From Endomicrobium sp. (GTDB lineage: Bacteria > Elusimicrobiota > Endomicrobiia > Endomicrobiales > Endomicrobiaceae), in the NCBI GenBank assembly GCA_031272265.1, contig JAISUD010000027.1:3041-67040 (forward strand): 64,000 nucleotides of DNA, read 5' to 3'. This document shows, in pieces, positions 21,639 through 33,278 of this stretch. The notes beneath the pieces are model-generated. The model had not been told where the DNA came from, did not search any database, and saw nothing but the letters and a program-made list of their open reading frames with translations. A program made the position numbers and the translations under genes. The number at the start of each line of letters is the position of its first letter. Position 1 is the stretch's first letter.

Positions 21639-23426
21639 TTATTTTTGTGTTTCATTAGCTGCTGTCGGCTGTGCGGCGAGTTCTGAAGCCGTTGCAAGAA
21701 GACTTTGCTCTTCTAAATCGTCAAGTAGTAAAGAGGTCAAAGCGTTTGAAACTTCTTCCTCTTCAAAGGCTATACCTGAAACGCCTGCCTGTTTTAAAGA
21801 TTCCCCGCTGTCAAGGAAACGCGTTCTTGCAAGTATGCGTGTTTTCGGATTTAAAACGGTGGCAAGTGAGGCAGTCTCCAGCGTTGCACTTAAATGAGGA
21901 AGTGTGATGATTAAATAATCTGCGTTTTTAATACCTGCTGCAAGCAAAATATCTCTTTTTGTGGAATCTCCATAAATTACAACTTGTCTTTGAGAACTTA
22001 AACTGTTAACTGTGTCAATATTTATTTCAATAATAATTGGTTTTACGCCTTGTTTTATTAGAGTTTGTGTAACTTTTTTCCCCGTAGGCCCATAGCCTAC
22101 GACTATAGCTGTTTTTTGCGAAAGATATTCTTCCGAAGGAAGTAAATTTTTGGCAATATTTTTATCTTTATTTTTGTTTCCTTTCCTGTCCGCTGCAAAG
22201 TTTAAAATATTCCATAACTTTTTTTTAGAGCGCAAAAATTTTTCCATTTTTGGAATTTTTTTAAATATTAAAGGGTTTAAAGTTATTGATACTATAGAGC
22301 AGACGACTATTGCATTATAGACGATGTCATCTTCTTTAGAAAAGCCTAGTCGCTTTGCCTCCTGCGCCAGTATGAGCGAAAATTCTCCTATCTGCGATAG
22401 GCCTACAGCAACTGTGAGTGCGGTTTTTGTGGAGTATCCCAGTATTGAGACTGTAAATAACGCGGTTAAAGGTTTAATAAATAAAACGACAGCAAGACAT
22501 GCGCATATAAAAGCGGTGTGCTCAACTATAAATTTTAAGTTAAGAAGCATGCCGACCGACAAAAAGAATAAGATGGCAAAAGTGTCTCTCAATGGAAGAA
22601 TGTCGACGCCTGCTTGATGACTTAGTTTGCTTTTGCCTACAATCAGACCGCCTAAAAATGCGCCCAAAGCAAGAGAAGTCTTAAACGCGAAAGCTGCAAG
22701 CACTGCTGTTGCGAAAGCTATTGCTAAAACTGTAAGCGTAAAGAGTTCCTGAGAGCGAGTTTTTACGACTTTTGACAAAAGCCACGGAACAAAACGTCCT
22801 CCAACTTTCACAATTAAAAGCGATAATAAAATAAGACGAAATAGAGTAATTCCTAGCGGCTTAAATATTCCTGCTGCAGCGGAAGTTGAGTCGGATAGTA
22901 TTGCTGGGAGATTTGGAAGAATAACAAGTATAAATACCGTTAAAATGTCTTCTACGACAAGCCAGCCAACTGCAGCGTGACCTTGTATGGTATTGAAGAT
23001 GTCATTGTTATTTAAAATTTTTAAAAGCACAACGGTGCTTGCTACCGCAAGTCCTAAGCCGAGTATGAGTCCTGAAATTAAATCAGTCCCTAGCATAATA
23101 CCTGCAAATGTTCCAACGACGGTTGTAATTGTGCTTTGTATGACAGCTCCCGGAATAGCGATGCCTTTAACGGCTATGAGATCGTCTATTTTAAAGTGCA
23201 GTCCCACTTCAAACATTAAAAAAATAATGCCTGTTTCGGACAACTGAAGCGCCAGATTGGAGTTTGCAGCAAATGTTAGGGGAACAAGAGAAAAAGGCCC
23301 TATTAAGAAGCCTGCTAAGAGATAGCCGACAATAGAGGAAAGTCCGAACTTTTGCGTTATAAAACCAAATATGAGCGCAAATGTAAATCCTATCGCTATA
23401 ATTTCCAGTAGTTGGTATTCCTGCAT
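21639..23426 (-). CDS. CPA2 cation:proton antiporter with TrkA-N domain (YbaL/Kef family)
   Basis: Many TM helices, VGYLLAG, LMFEVGLHF, C-terminal IVVGYGPTG Rossmann motif. Confidence 0.9.
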   Translation of the reverse strand: MQEYQLLEIIAIGFTFALIFGFITQKFGLSSIVGYLLAGFLIGPFSLVPLTFAANSNLALQLSETGIIFLMFEVGLHFKIDDLIAVKGIAIPGAVIQSTITTVVGTFAGIMLGTDLISGLILGLGLAVASTVVLLKILNNNDIFNTIQGHAAVGWLVVEDILTVFILVILPNLPAILSDSTSAAAGIFKPLGITLFRLILLSLLIVKVGGRFVPWLLSKVVKTRSQELFTLTVLAIAFATAVLAAFAFKTSLALGAFLGGLIVGKSKLSHQAGVDILPLRDTFAILFFLSVGMLLNLKFIVEHTAFICACLAVVLFIKPLTALFTVSILGYSTKTALTVAVGLSQIGEFSLILAQEAKRLGFSKEDDIVYNAIVVCSIVSITLNPLIFKKIPKMEKFLRSKKKLWNILNFAADRKGNKNKDKNIAKNLLPSEEYLSQKTAIVVGYGPTGKKVTQTLIKQGVKPIIIEINIDTVNSLSSQRQVVIYGDSTKRDILLAAGIKNADYLIITLPHLSATLETASLATVLNPKTRILARTRFLDSGESLKQAGVSGIAFEEEEVSNALTSLLLDDLEEQSLLATASELAAQPTAANETQK

Positions 23427-23479
23427 TTAGAACCGCCAATATTATTTTTACTTGTTAGTTTTATATAAATTAAACGGAA

Positions 23480-24834
23480 GATTTGCGCAATTATGCGTAT
23501 GTTTTTTTCGGACTTATTAAATCTCCATCTGCTTTTTTCTACCGCTAAAATGAAGGTTTTGCGTGTAATATAAACGTTATGTGGAATTTAAACGGTATAA
23601 GTATATGTCGCTTATTCCTGCTGCTGTTTAGAGATATTTACGAAGTTCGTTATAAATCCTGGGATAAACTGCATATCTTAAAGTTCGGTCTAAAAAGTCC
23701 TGCAAATCAGCTCATTAAAGAACTCTTCAATGGATTATATTAAAGTTAAAACCGTTCTGAACTTGCTGCCGCGCCAGACAGAGGAAATGTTATAAAAGTT
23801 TTTGTTTTGAAGCAGTTTTATCGTCTGCCGTCTGAGCATTCCGGTAAATCTCGTATAATCTGTTTTCAAGAGGAATTGCCAGTGTCGCTGTCTTTCTTAC
23901 GCTTTTCAGAAGAATTAATCTTGTTTTCTCTCGCATATTTCGTTTATATTCGCTGTAAATATAAGAGATTAGTTTATCTCTTAAATTCTCAATATTGTTT
24001 TGAATTAGGAAACTGTTCTTTTTCATTTTCAGATAAAGGCTTTTCTTGGACTTTCTGCTGTATTTATTATTCTTTCACGGAAATTGTAAAATAAGTTATT
24101 TGAGTGTTTTGTTTCAGTTGCAATTCTGAGAGCCATGAGAGGTTTTATCCTGTGTAATTCTAATAAAAATAGAAAAGACTCGGAAGAGTCTCGGCAAAAT
24201 CAGTTTCTGATTTTCTAAGCTTCTCAAAGTTCTTATTTATCTCGGTTATTTTGTCTTTGAATAAGGAAAGCGACAGCATTTCCGATTTTTTTATGATTTC
24301 AGCAATGTTATTGCTGAATACGCTTGTGCTAAAGTGAAAATTTGCAAGTCTCTCGCGTAAAAAAGATTGGCATTCTCGTTTGCATTTGGAAAAAATAATT
24401 TGTGTGGATTCTAATTTGCCTCTTACCCTTTCAAACGCTGTTTTTAAATTTATTTTCTCTCTATCGTTGCCGGCGGATAACGAGGACAGTGTAAGTATAA
24501 GTATATTATAATTTTTCGGCGCGAAGGACTGAAATAGACTGTTAACCTCTTCTTTCTTTTTAGGTGCAAATCTTGATATTTTAATTATCATTCTTTTGAT
24601 ATTAGTTTTAAGTGATGTTAGCATCCATTCTTGAAAACAAGTAGCTGCTGATTGCCGGCTTTTGTTATCGCTTTCTAGTTTATCGTTGTCTGTTCTGTCC
24701 ACTGTCATAGCGGCAATGTTGTTGTCAAGAGACTTTTTTGGGCGTCCTGCAAAAGCCGGGAACAGTGTTAAGAATGTCAAACATAAGACCGTTCCGTTTG
24801 GTGTAGAAATTTTTTTGTCCATTTCTTTTTTCAC
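23480..24834 (-). pseudogene. Fragmented hypothetical secreted protein (ORFs 24160-24834 and 23790-24026)
   Basis: Signal-like VLCLTFLTLFPAFAG followed by same-strand ORF pieces in different frames. Confidence 0.4.
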
Positions 24835-24970
24835 TTTTTTACAGAATTGAAGGGAATTAGGATTGTTAAATTTTCATACTTATGCTATCAAAATAAAATA
24901 AATATGTAAAACAAAGACAATTTATGTTTTGTATTAAAATTGTGTTATAATAACAGACAATACACGGTTT

Positions 24971-27511
24971 ATGGAAAAGTTATTGCAGATTAATGAAATA
25001 TTGAACTTTGTGCAAAAGCCTGTAAGATATACGGGCGGAGAATTAAATTCACATCCTGCTGATATGTCTGCAGATTTTTCTGTACTTTTGTGTTTTCCCG
25101 ATATTTACGAAATAGGCGCTTCTAATCTTGGACTTGAAATCCTTTATCATTTAATTAACGAGAAGAAACTTGCCCGGTGCGAGAGGGTGTTTGTTCCCGA
25201 CAATGATTTGGAGTTGCTTTTAAGAAGAAATAATATAAGCTTGTTTTCGCTGGAATCTAAAAGTGCTTTAAAAAGTTTTGATATTTTAGGCTTTACGATT
25301 CAATACGAGCTTGTTGCGACTAATGTCGTCAATATTCTGAACTTATCGGGTATTTCCATATTTTCAAAGGACAGAAAAGATGGTGAACCTTTAATAATAG
25401 CCGGTGGTCCTGCTTTGACTAACCCCGAGCCTTTTTGTGATTTTTTTGACTTGTTTGTTTTAGGAGACGGCGAGGAAGCGATTGTGGAAATAATAAACGC
25501 GTGTAGAGAATTTAAGAAAGCTAAACTGGCGAGGCTAGAAATCTTAAGGGAGCTATCAAAGATAGAGGGTGTGTACGTGCCGTCGTTTTACGACGTTGAG
25601 TATAATGGAGACAGCACAATAAAATCTGTAACGCCGGTATATAAAGACGTAAAACCGGTCGTCAAAAAGAGAATTATAGATATTGAGAAGGCGTATTTCC
25701 CGGAGAAAAAAATAGTCCCTTTTATAGAGACGGTGCATAATAGATTGAATATTGAAGTCGCGCGGGGATGCCCGAGACAATGCCGTTTCTGCCAAGCGTC
25801 AAAATATTACGGTCCGTGGAGACAAAGAACGTTTGAAAAGTTGTTGGATATTTTAAAGAAGAGCATACAAATTACGGGGTTTGAAGAAGTTGCTTTTTCG
25901 TCTCTTTCATGCAGCGATTATAAACATTTAGATAAATTATTAATTGAAACGAACAATTTATACGGCAAATCTAATCTTAATATTTCGTTGCCGTCTTTAA
26001 GATGCGAAAAACATTCTGTCAAAATAGCTCAATACATTAACAGAAGCAAAAGGCCCACGCTTACTTTCGCTCCGGAAGCGGGAACGGACAGAATGCGTAA
26101 AGTAATAGGCAAATATCTCTCTGAAAAACAAATAATAGAGACTATTCTCAGTGCAAATGCTATGGGCTGGAAAACTATAAAACTTTATTTTATGATAGGT
26201 CTTCCTACAGAAACTGACGATGATGTAAGGGGCATAGCGCACCTTGTAAAACTTGTTAAAAAAGAATCAAAAAATTTAAATTTTAATATTACGATTTCGT
26301 CTTTTGTTCCGAAAGCGCATACGGCTTTTCAATGGGTGCCGATGGCCGGCGCGGACGAAATAAAAAGAAAAATTAATCTTTTAGGCAGACTGCTTCCGGC
26401 AAATATGAAAGCTCACGATTATAAAGCGAGTTTAGTGGAAGCCTTACTTGCGAAAGGCGACAGACGTCTTTCGTCCGTAATTTATAAAGCTTGGCAGAAA
26501 GGCGCACGATTTGACCAATGGACCGACAAGTTCAACAGCAATATCTGGGACGAGGCTGCTGCTGAAAGTAAAATTGATTTAAATCTTTATGTTTGTAGAA
26601 ATATAAAATGCGGTGAAATCCTACCGTGGGACCATTTAGATTTTGGTGTAGGAAAAGAGATGTTGTATGCTGAATATATTAGAGGTGTAAATGAAACTCT
26701 CAGCACCGCGGACGCGCTGCATAGCTTCAAAGCGTGTACTGTGAAGAATACAAAGTTCGTCGTCGGACGTTGTGAAAATTATGTTTCCGATGTTAATCAA
26801 TTTAACACGCAGAATTTGCTGCCTGAAAATTATATAGAACCTAAAATTTCTGTTTGCAGGCCTGTTATGCGTTTGAGACTTCGTTTTTCAAAAAAAGGTG
26901 TAGTTAAGTTCGTATCTCATTTGGAACAGATGAGATTGTTCAGGAGAACTGCTAGGCGTTCCGAGTTGCCGGTAGCGTTTAGCATGGGTTTTAGTCCAAA
27001 AGTCAAGTCTTCTTACGGTCCGCCGCTTCCTGTAGGATATGAAAGCTCAAGTGAATATATGGAACTGTATTTTACGCGGAAAGTTAATGTTAAAGATGTA
27101 GAATCGGGATTTTCGGGAATTTTACCTGTCGGATTTGAGTTGATTGACGTGAAAAGGGTACCTTTAAATTTTCCCTCTATAGATATTTTGTCAAATGTTG
27201 CTGAATACGAGATAAAAAACGTAGATGTCTCGCAGGAAAAAATAGACAAGTTTTTATTTCAGGATTCAATTATAGTGGAAAGAACAAAAGATAGTAAAAC
27301 TTCCAAGATTGAGGCTAAACCTTTAATAAAGTCTTTTAACAATGAAAACGGCATTTTAAAATTGCAGCTTCGTTTCGGTGGTGGTGGGTATGTTAAACCT
27401 GAAGTGGTTTTAGAAAAATTGCTTGGAGAAAATCAGGAAAATTGTAAATATGAAATTGAAAGAACTAATTTATATATTGAAACAAAAAATGGACAGATAC
27501 ACGAACCTTAA
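24971..27511 (+). CDS. TIGR03960-type radical SAM protein fused to a DUF2344/TIGR03936 domain
   Basis: KPVRYTGGELN, CPRQCRFC radical SAM motif, C-terminal RLRFSKKG..SHLE..GFSP. Confidence 0.9.
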   Translation: MEKLLQINEILNFVQKPVRYTGGELNSHPADMSADFSVLLCFPDIYEIGASNLGLEILYHLINEKKLARCERVFVPDNDLELLLRRNNISLFSLESKSALKSFDILGFTIQYELVATNVVNILNLSGISIFSKDRKDGEPLIIAGGPALTNPEPFCDFFDLFVLGDGEEAIVEIINACREFKKAKLARLEILRELSKIEGVYVPSFYDVEYNGDSTIKSVTPVYKDVKPVVKKRIIDIEKAYFPEKKIVPFIETVHNRLNIEVARGCPRQCRFCQASKYYGPWRQRTFEKLLDILKKSIQITGFEEVAFSSLSCSDYKHLDKLLIETNNLYGKSNLNISLPSLRCEKHSVKIAQYINRSKRPTLTFAPEAGTDRMRKVIGKYLSEKQIIETILSANAMGWKTIKLYFMIGLPTETDDDVRGIAHLVKLVKKESKNLNFNITISSFVPKAHTAFQWVPMAGADEIKRKINLLGRLLPANMKAHDYKASLVEALLAKGDRRLSSVIYKAWQKGARFDQWTDKFNSNIWDEAAAESKIDLNLYVCRNIKCGEILPWDHLDFGVGKEMLYAEYIRGVNETLSTADALHSFKACTVKNTKFVVGRCENYVSDVNQFNTQNLLPENYIEPKISVCRPVMRLRLRFSKKGVVKFVSHLEQMRLFRRTARRSELPVAFSMGFSPKVKSSYGPPLPVGYESSSEYMELYFTRKVNVKDVESGFSGILPVGFELIDVKRVPLNFPSIDILSNVAEYEIKNVDVSQEKIDKFLFQDSIIVERTKDSKTSKIEAKPLIKSFNNENGILKLQLRFGGGGYVKPEVVLEKLLGENQENCKYEIERTNLYIETKNGQIHEP

Positions 27512-27637
27512 AATGCTTGATATACTGAAAACAGGCGGGCGTAATAAAATTGCAAATGCGGTAGATTTAAGGTAAGAGAAGATTTTTACGGACTAGTCGG
27601 AGAGATCCTGAGTAATGTTGAGGCTGCAGATGTAGAA

Positions 27638-29068
27638 ATGAAAAAAGAAATAATAGTCGTAGTTAATAAAACGTTTGAAGAAACAAAAGTCGCCGTGCTC
27701 GAGAACGGTAGGTTTTTTGATTTATTTATTGAGAGGCAAGAATCTGAAAAGATCATAAACAATATTTATAAAGGAAAAGTGCAGAACGTTGTTCCCGCGC
27801 TTGGTTCGGCGTTTGTGGATATTGGACTCAGCAGAAGCGCGTATCTTAGCAGCGACGACATAGTAACGTGTCATAATGAAAAGAAAGTTGAGGATATGAT
27901 TAAGGTCGGGCAAGATATTATGGTTCAAGTTTGTAAAGAGCCAATAAATAAAAAAGGCCCTAAGGTAACAATGGGTATTTCGCTTCCGGGAAGACTTTTG
28001 GTGTATATGCCCTTTGGCGACAGCGTAAACATATCTAGAAAAATTAAAAATAAGCAAGAATGCAAAAGGTTGGAAAATTTAGTTGGCGAACTCAAAAAAA
28101 ATATGTCTGGTGGCATAATAATAAGAACTGAAGCTGAAAGAGCTGAAGAAACGGAAATCAAAAACGAGATTAAATATTTAACAAGACTTTGGACATCTAT
28201 AGCTGAGAAATTTAAAGATGTAAAACAGAGAAATCTCATACATAAAGATTTAAACATCATATTTCAAATTATAAGGGATTATTTTTCTGATGATGTTGTG
28301 CTTATGCACATAGATTCTCAAAAGGAGCTTGATAATGTTGTGGATTTTGTGAAAATGACGCTGCCTGAATTTCTTAACAGAGTTATTCTTTATGAAGGCG
28401 AAACGCCTATATTTGAAGCCTACGGCATCAAAAAAGAGATAGATAGACTGCGCTCAAATAAAGTGGACCTTGATTCCGGCGGTTATATTATTATACAGGA
28501 AGCGGAATCTCTTTGTGCGATAGATGTTAACAGCGGAAAATTTATGTCAGAATTTACTCAGGAAGAAACCGCCGTTCTTACGAATCTTGAAGCTTCAGAC
28601 GAAATTGCAAGGCAATTAAGACTTAGGAATATAGGTGGCATAATTGTTATTGATTTTATAGATATGAAGAGAAGTGTAAATAAGCGGAAAGTTTTAAATA
28701 GATTTCGTAAAGCTACAAAAGGCGATAGAGCTAAAGTAAAGATATGGCCTATAACTAAACTTGGTCTTGTGGAAATGACAAGGGAAAGGAAAAAGGAGTC
28801 TCTGTTTTCTCTTCTTGGCAATACCTGCCCTCTTTGCCGAGGGTTGGGTCTTGTGCTTTCAAAAAATTCTATTTTTATTAATGTTTGCAACGAAATAGAA
28901 AAATTGAAATTTCGCGGTGATAAAAACAGGATAAAAATAAAATTGAATCCTGATATTGTTGGCTATTTTGAAAAAAGAAAATCAAAACTTGAGCAGTTGT
29001 TTAATATTGAAATTGACATAGAGCCGAGCGCGGAAATGTTGAGGGAAGAATATAAGATTATTTTTTAA
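27638..29068 (+). CDS. rng: Ribonuclease G/E family
   Basis: S1 domain NIYKGKV..AFVDIG, IDVNSG, LRNIGGIIVIDFIDM, CPLCRG. Confidence 0.92.
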   Translation: MKKEIIVVVNKTFEETKVAVLENGRFFDLFIERQESEKIINNIYKGKVQNVVPALGSAFVDIGLSRSAYLSSDDIVTCHNEKKVEDMIKVGQDIMVQVCKEPINKKGPKVTMGISLPGRLLVYMPFGDSVNISRKIKNKQECKRLENLVGELKKNMSGGIIIRTEAERAEETEIKNEIKYLTRLWTSIAEKFKDVKQRNLIHKDLNIIFQIIRDYFSDDVVLMHIDSQKELDNVVDFVKMTLPEFLNRVILYEGETPIFEAYGIKKEIDRLRSNKVDLDSGGYIIIQEAESLCAIDVNSGKFMSEFTQEETAVLTNLEASDEIARQLRLRNIGGIIVIDFIDMKRSVNKRKVLNRFRKATKGDRAKVKIWPITKLGLVEMTRERKKESLFSLLGNTCPLCRGLGLVLSKNSIFINVCNEIEKLKFRGDKNRIKIKLNPDIVGYFEKRKSKLEQLFNIEIDIEPSAEMLREEYKIIF

Positions 29069-29277
29069 ACAACGAGTGGTTTTTTGCGCGTGGAAGTTTG
29101 CTTTTATCTCTCCGGTGGAAGCTTGTTTTCATTTGCAAATGCAAGAGTCGTCAAAAACTAACGAATGACTGAACATTTTTTAAGTTCAGTTTTTAGCGAT
29201 GGGCCGACCGCTAACTAAACAAGGTGAAGAGTATAAATTACTCATTATAAATATGACGCTTGAGAGGGTAAGCAAAG

Positions 29278-31410
29278 TTAAAATCCTTTTTCCGTTTCTG
29301 AATCTAAATCTTGTTTTTCAGAATCTACTGAACCGGTGCTATATTTTTGGGGAACGGTTCCACTTATGAATACTTCTAAAAGCGAGTCGAGAGTTTTGTT
29401 TGTGGCAAGAAGCCCTGTCCGTTGGTCAATTAAAGCCCATTCAATATTTTCAGGTGGTAAAAAATCCAGCACAGGCTCTTCCTCCAAAGCTTTTTTCATA
29501 AATTGTGTCCATATAGGACAGGCGATTACTCCTCCGGTAACTTTTCCACCTAGAGATATTGAGCTGTCGTCGTAACCTATCCATACCCCGCCGACAAGCT
29601 GAGGCGTGTATCCTATAAACCACGCGTCGCTTGAATTGTTTGTTGTCCCAGTCTTCCCAGCACACGGTCTTCCTAGATTTTTTGCATTCCAGCCGCTTCC
29701 TTTTTCTACGACAGACTTTAACACGCTGGTTATAATAAAACAATTCTGAGGAGAGAGAACTTCTTTCTGCTGAGGAACACTCTGCTCTAAAATTTTTCCG
29801 TTTCTATCGGTTATTTTTGTAATAATGTAAGGAGTAGTTTTGATTCCTCCTGAAGCGAAAGTCGCAAAAGCGGAAACCATCTCCTGTAAAGTTACTTCGC
29901 TTGATCCTAAAGCGAGAGAAGGAGAATCTGCAAGCGGCGTTGTTATGCCTAAATTTCTTGCCGTTTGTATAACTTTTGACGGGCCTACTTTTATGATTGT
30001 TTCAACGGCACAGGTGTTAATGGATAGAGCAAGTGCTGTTCTTAACGTTAGGCTGCCCCTGTATTTTTTGCTGTAATTTGTAGGCATCCAGATTTTTTTT
30101 GTGTTAACTAAGTCTTTTTCAGGCACGGTTTCCGCGATATTCTCAAGTGTTATTGCATCTCTTGAAATTAACTCCCACGAATTTCCTTTATGGACAAAAA
30201 TCATCGGCTTGTCGTTGAGAATAGTCGCGGTTGTAAATCCTTCTTCAATAGCCGTCATATATATGAAAGGTTTAAAAGAGGAGCCGGGCTGCCGCTTTGC
30301 TTGAGTTGCTCTGTTAAATTGCGATTCTCTGAAATTACGCCCGCCTATCATCGCTCTTATTGCGCCGCTTTGAGGGTCTATGGCTATCAGCGCCCCCTGT
30401 ACTTTTATGGGTTTTTGTTTTAACTTTTCAAAAACTTTTAATTTATTTTCGTCAAAGTTTTTAAGCGCTTCTTCAAGCGCTTTCTCCGCTGCTGCCTGAG
30501 CGCGTATATCAATAGTTGTATAAATTGAAAGTCCTGCTTTAAATAAAGCGTCTGTTCCGTATTTTGGTTCAAGCATTATTCTTAAGAGTTCTAAAAAATA
30601 GCCGGTCATGTTTTCTTTCGGGGTGTTTTCTTTTAACGGAAGTGGAACTCCAAGTGCTTTTTTTTCTTGTTCTTTTGTAATATAATTTAACTCTCTCATC
30701 TTTAACAAAACAAGATTTCTTCTTGCAAGAGCAGCCTTTTCATTTTTAAAAGGATTGTAATAATTAGGAGATTTTGGAATCGCGGCGAGCATTGCACATT
30801 CAGCGAGGTTCAGGTCCTGCACATTTTTATTGAAATACGTTCGTGCCGCGGCCTGAACTCCGTAAGCGCCGTTGCCGAAATATATCTGGTTCATGTAAAA
30901 CTGCAGGATTTCCTCTTTTGAATAGTTTTTTTCAAGTTGTACTGTCAACAGGGCTTCTTTGATTTTTCTAATTAATGTTTTGTCGCTGGTTAAGAATATA
31001 GTTTTTGCAAGCTGCTGCGTTATTGTAGAGCCTCCTTCTACAATTTTACCTTTTAGCAGTATCCTTAAGAAAGCGCGCGCAATCCCTTTTATAGATATTC
31101 CCCAGTGTTTGAAAAAATCGTTGTCTTCAATAACTATAAAAGCGTTTTGGAGATTAACCGGGATTTTATTTATCGGTGTGAAAACGCGTCTTTCAGTAAA
31201 GAGCTCGGCTATAAGATTATTGTCTTTATCGTAAATTTTGGTTGATAAATTGGGAATATAATTTCCAAATTGTTGTATGGATGGCAGAGTGCCTATTAGG
31301 TTTGCTGTGGCTTTGCCAATGGCGATTATAAATAGGAAAATAAAAGTTATAAGAATTAAAGAATTTAAAAAAGAGTTTTTTTTTGCTTTCTTTTGTTTCA
31401 TGGGTATCAA
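29278..31410 (-). CDS. Class A penicillin-binding protein (PBP1A family); start may be 31401
   Basis: EDNDFFKHWG, GGSTITQQLAK, RQPGSSFKP, SIN, KTGT. Confidence 0.93.
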   Translation of the reverse strand: MIPMKQKKAKKNSFLNSLILITFIFLFIIAIGKATANLIGTLPSIQQFGNYIPNLSTKIYDKDNNLIAELFTERRVFTPINKIPVNLQNAFIVIEDNDFFKHWGISIKGIARAFLRILLKGKIVEGGSTITQQLAKTIFLTSDKTLIRKIKEALLTVQLEKNYSKEEILQFYMNQIYFGNGAYGVQAAARTYFNKNVQDLNLAECAMLAAIPKSPNYYNPFKNEKAALARRNLVLLKMRELNYITKEQEKKALGVPLPLKENTPKENMTGYFLELLRIMLEPKYGTDALFKAGLSIYTTIDIRAQAAAEKALEEALKNFDENKLKVFEKLKQKPIKVQGALIAIDPQSGAIRAMIGGRNFRESQFNRATQAKRQPGSSFKPFIYMTAIEEGFTTATILNDKPMIFVHKGNSWELISRDAITLENIAETVPEKDLVNTKKIWMPTNYSKKYRGSLTLRTALALSINTCAVETIIKVGPSKVIQTARNLGITTPLADSPSLALGSSEVTLQEMVSAFATFASGGIKTTPYIITKITDRNGKILEQSVPQQKEVLSPQNCFIITSVLKSVVEKGSGWNAKNLGRPCAGKTGTTNNSSDAWFIGYTPQLVGGVWIGYDDSSISLGGKVTGGVIACPIWTQFMKKALEEEPVLDFLPPENIEWALIDQRTGLLATNKTLDSLLEVFISGTVPQKYSTGSVDSEKQDLDSETEKGF

Positions 31411-32604
31411 AATGGATTATATTTTAAAATGAAGGATGTGTCAAAAGAGCAGTTTTAAAAAACAGTAAATTGAATAGGAAAATGGCAGTTGATTTTTTCG
31501 GATTTCCACCCTGTCTTGTCTTGCCGGAATAAAAAAAGAGATATCTCTCGCTTTTTGGTAAGACATATTATCTTATCAGCAAACGAAATTCTTAAATAAC
31601 TCCTTTATATTTTCTCTCCGCTTTTTATCCTTGAAAAAAGAAAAAGAATCTAAGGAAGTATGGTTTTAGGTTCTGTGCGTTTAATAATAAATGATAATAT
31701 TTTTTCTCAGCTTACTACGCGTTCTCAAATTGGGTTATTCTTTCTTTTAATGCTGCGCTACTTCTGGGTCGCCCCACATTAATAAATTTTCTACTGTACT
31801 TCCCATTATGCCTTTAGTAAGGGGGAATGGTAAATCCTTGTATTTGTCGAAATATGACTTTATGACTTGGTGTATGATATACACTTGTTAGTTTTTCTAT
31901 GTCTTTTTGCTTATTTTCTAATTGTTCTTGTGCTTTTGTTAAATCTAAATTTTGTTTTTTAATAGCTTTCATTGTATTTTCTATTTTTTCCGATAATAAG
32001 TTCTTCCAGGGAAGCTTAAAAGGTTAATTAGCAGAGATTTAAGATATTCGTCTGTGTAGTTTGATATGTCTTTTGTTTTTGCGTGTTGATAACTTTTTAA
32101 TGAAAAGAAAAAAATCCTCCTTTCCCTCTACTTTTGAAGAAAAAGAAAAGAAGTTTCATCAAAAAAGAAAAAAGTCTATATATATTAAGAATGGGATATG
32201 TCTTGCTGTGCTGGTTTAAAATTCAAAACGCGCCGTTTCTTTTGCTTTTCAATGTTAATTTTAGTAAAATTCTCAGCGAATATTAATTTCTTGTTTTTGA
32301 AATATTTTTAAATAAGTGTTTTTGACGGATTAATAAACGGTTGACGTAACTATAAGATTTTATTTTATGACAAGCTTGTGTAATCCAAAGCGTCTAGTTG
32401 AGTTTTGAACGGTAAAAAAATCAATTAAAGGCTTTAAAGGAAATATTGTTGTTTTTATCGTGCATATGCGTATATATTATAATATTTATGCAGAAATCAT
32501 AAAACAAACAAACTAGATGGATAGTTTTGCGGCATTTATTGAAGACGGGATAACAAATCCTGACGGCATTGAATGTAAATTTAAAAATAAATAAGGCTCT
32601 TCTT

Positions 32605-33252
32605 ATGAAAAATGAAAAACAAATTAAAAGAAGTTTTATAGGTGTTTTAGTTAAAAAATATTTTGTTACAGGGTTAATCGTCGTCATACCGCTTTGGCTG
32701 ACATTCTTTGTGGTAACTGTTATTTTTAAATGGGTAAGTGGTTTTACATTGCCCGTCGTTAACTATTTTGTCGCCGATAAGTACTTGGCTCATATTATAG
32801 TTAGGATTTTAAGTTTTTTTATTTCAATTATGACTATAATTATTCTGGGGTTTATTACAAACAGAGTTTTTGGAAAAAATGCTTTAAATTTAGTGGAAAA
32901 ACTTATTAAGAAGCTGCCTGTTTTAGGATCTGTTTATTCTGCGGCGAAACAATTTGTTAGTTTTATATTCGAGAAAGACAGCACGAGAAGTTTTAAAAAA
33001 GTTGTTTTTGTGCCTTATCCGAATAAAGAAACTTACAGCGTGGCTTTTTTAACAGGTGAACAAACACTTAATGACGAGAAATATCTTTGCGCTTTTTTGC
33101 CTACGACGCCCAATCCCACGACCGGTTTTTTATTGTTGTTTAAGGAAAAAGAGATAATTTATACCGACTATACGGTAGAGAAGGCGTTCCAGTTTGTTAT
33201 TTCAGTGGGAGTAATAAACATGGAAAATAATAAAGAAGCAGAATGCGAGTAA
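32605..33252 (+). CDS. DUF502 membrane protein
   Basis: TGLIVVIP, two TM helices, FLPTTPNPTTGF. Confidence 0.85.
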   Translation: MKNEKQIKRSFIGVLVKKYFVTGLIVVIPLWLTFFVVTVIFKWVSGFTLPVVNYFVADKYLAHIIVRILSFFISIMTIIILGFITNRVFGKNALNLVEKLIKKLPVLGSVYSAAKQFVSFIFEKDSTRSFKKVVFVPYPNKETYSVAFLTGEQTLNDEKYLCAFLPTTPNPTTGFLLLFKEKEIIYTDYTVEKAFQFVISVGVINMENNKEAECE

Positions 33253-33278
33253 AAAATAAGAAATAGAGAGAATTAAAA

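Noticed and set aside
29070-29277. Possible structured RNA between rng and the PBP1A gene
   Set aside because: Only a short TTAGCG/CGCTAA stem; no recognisable RNA family.
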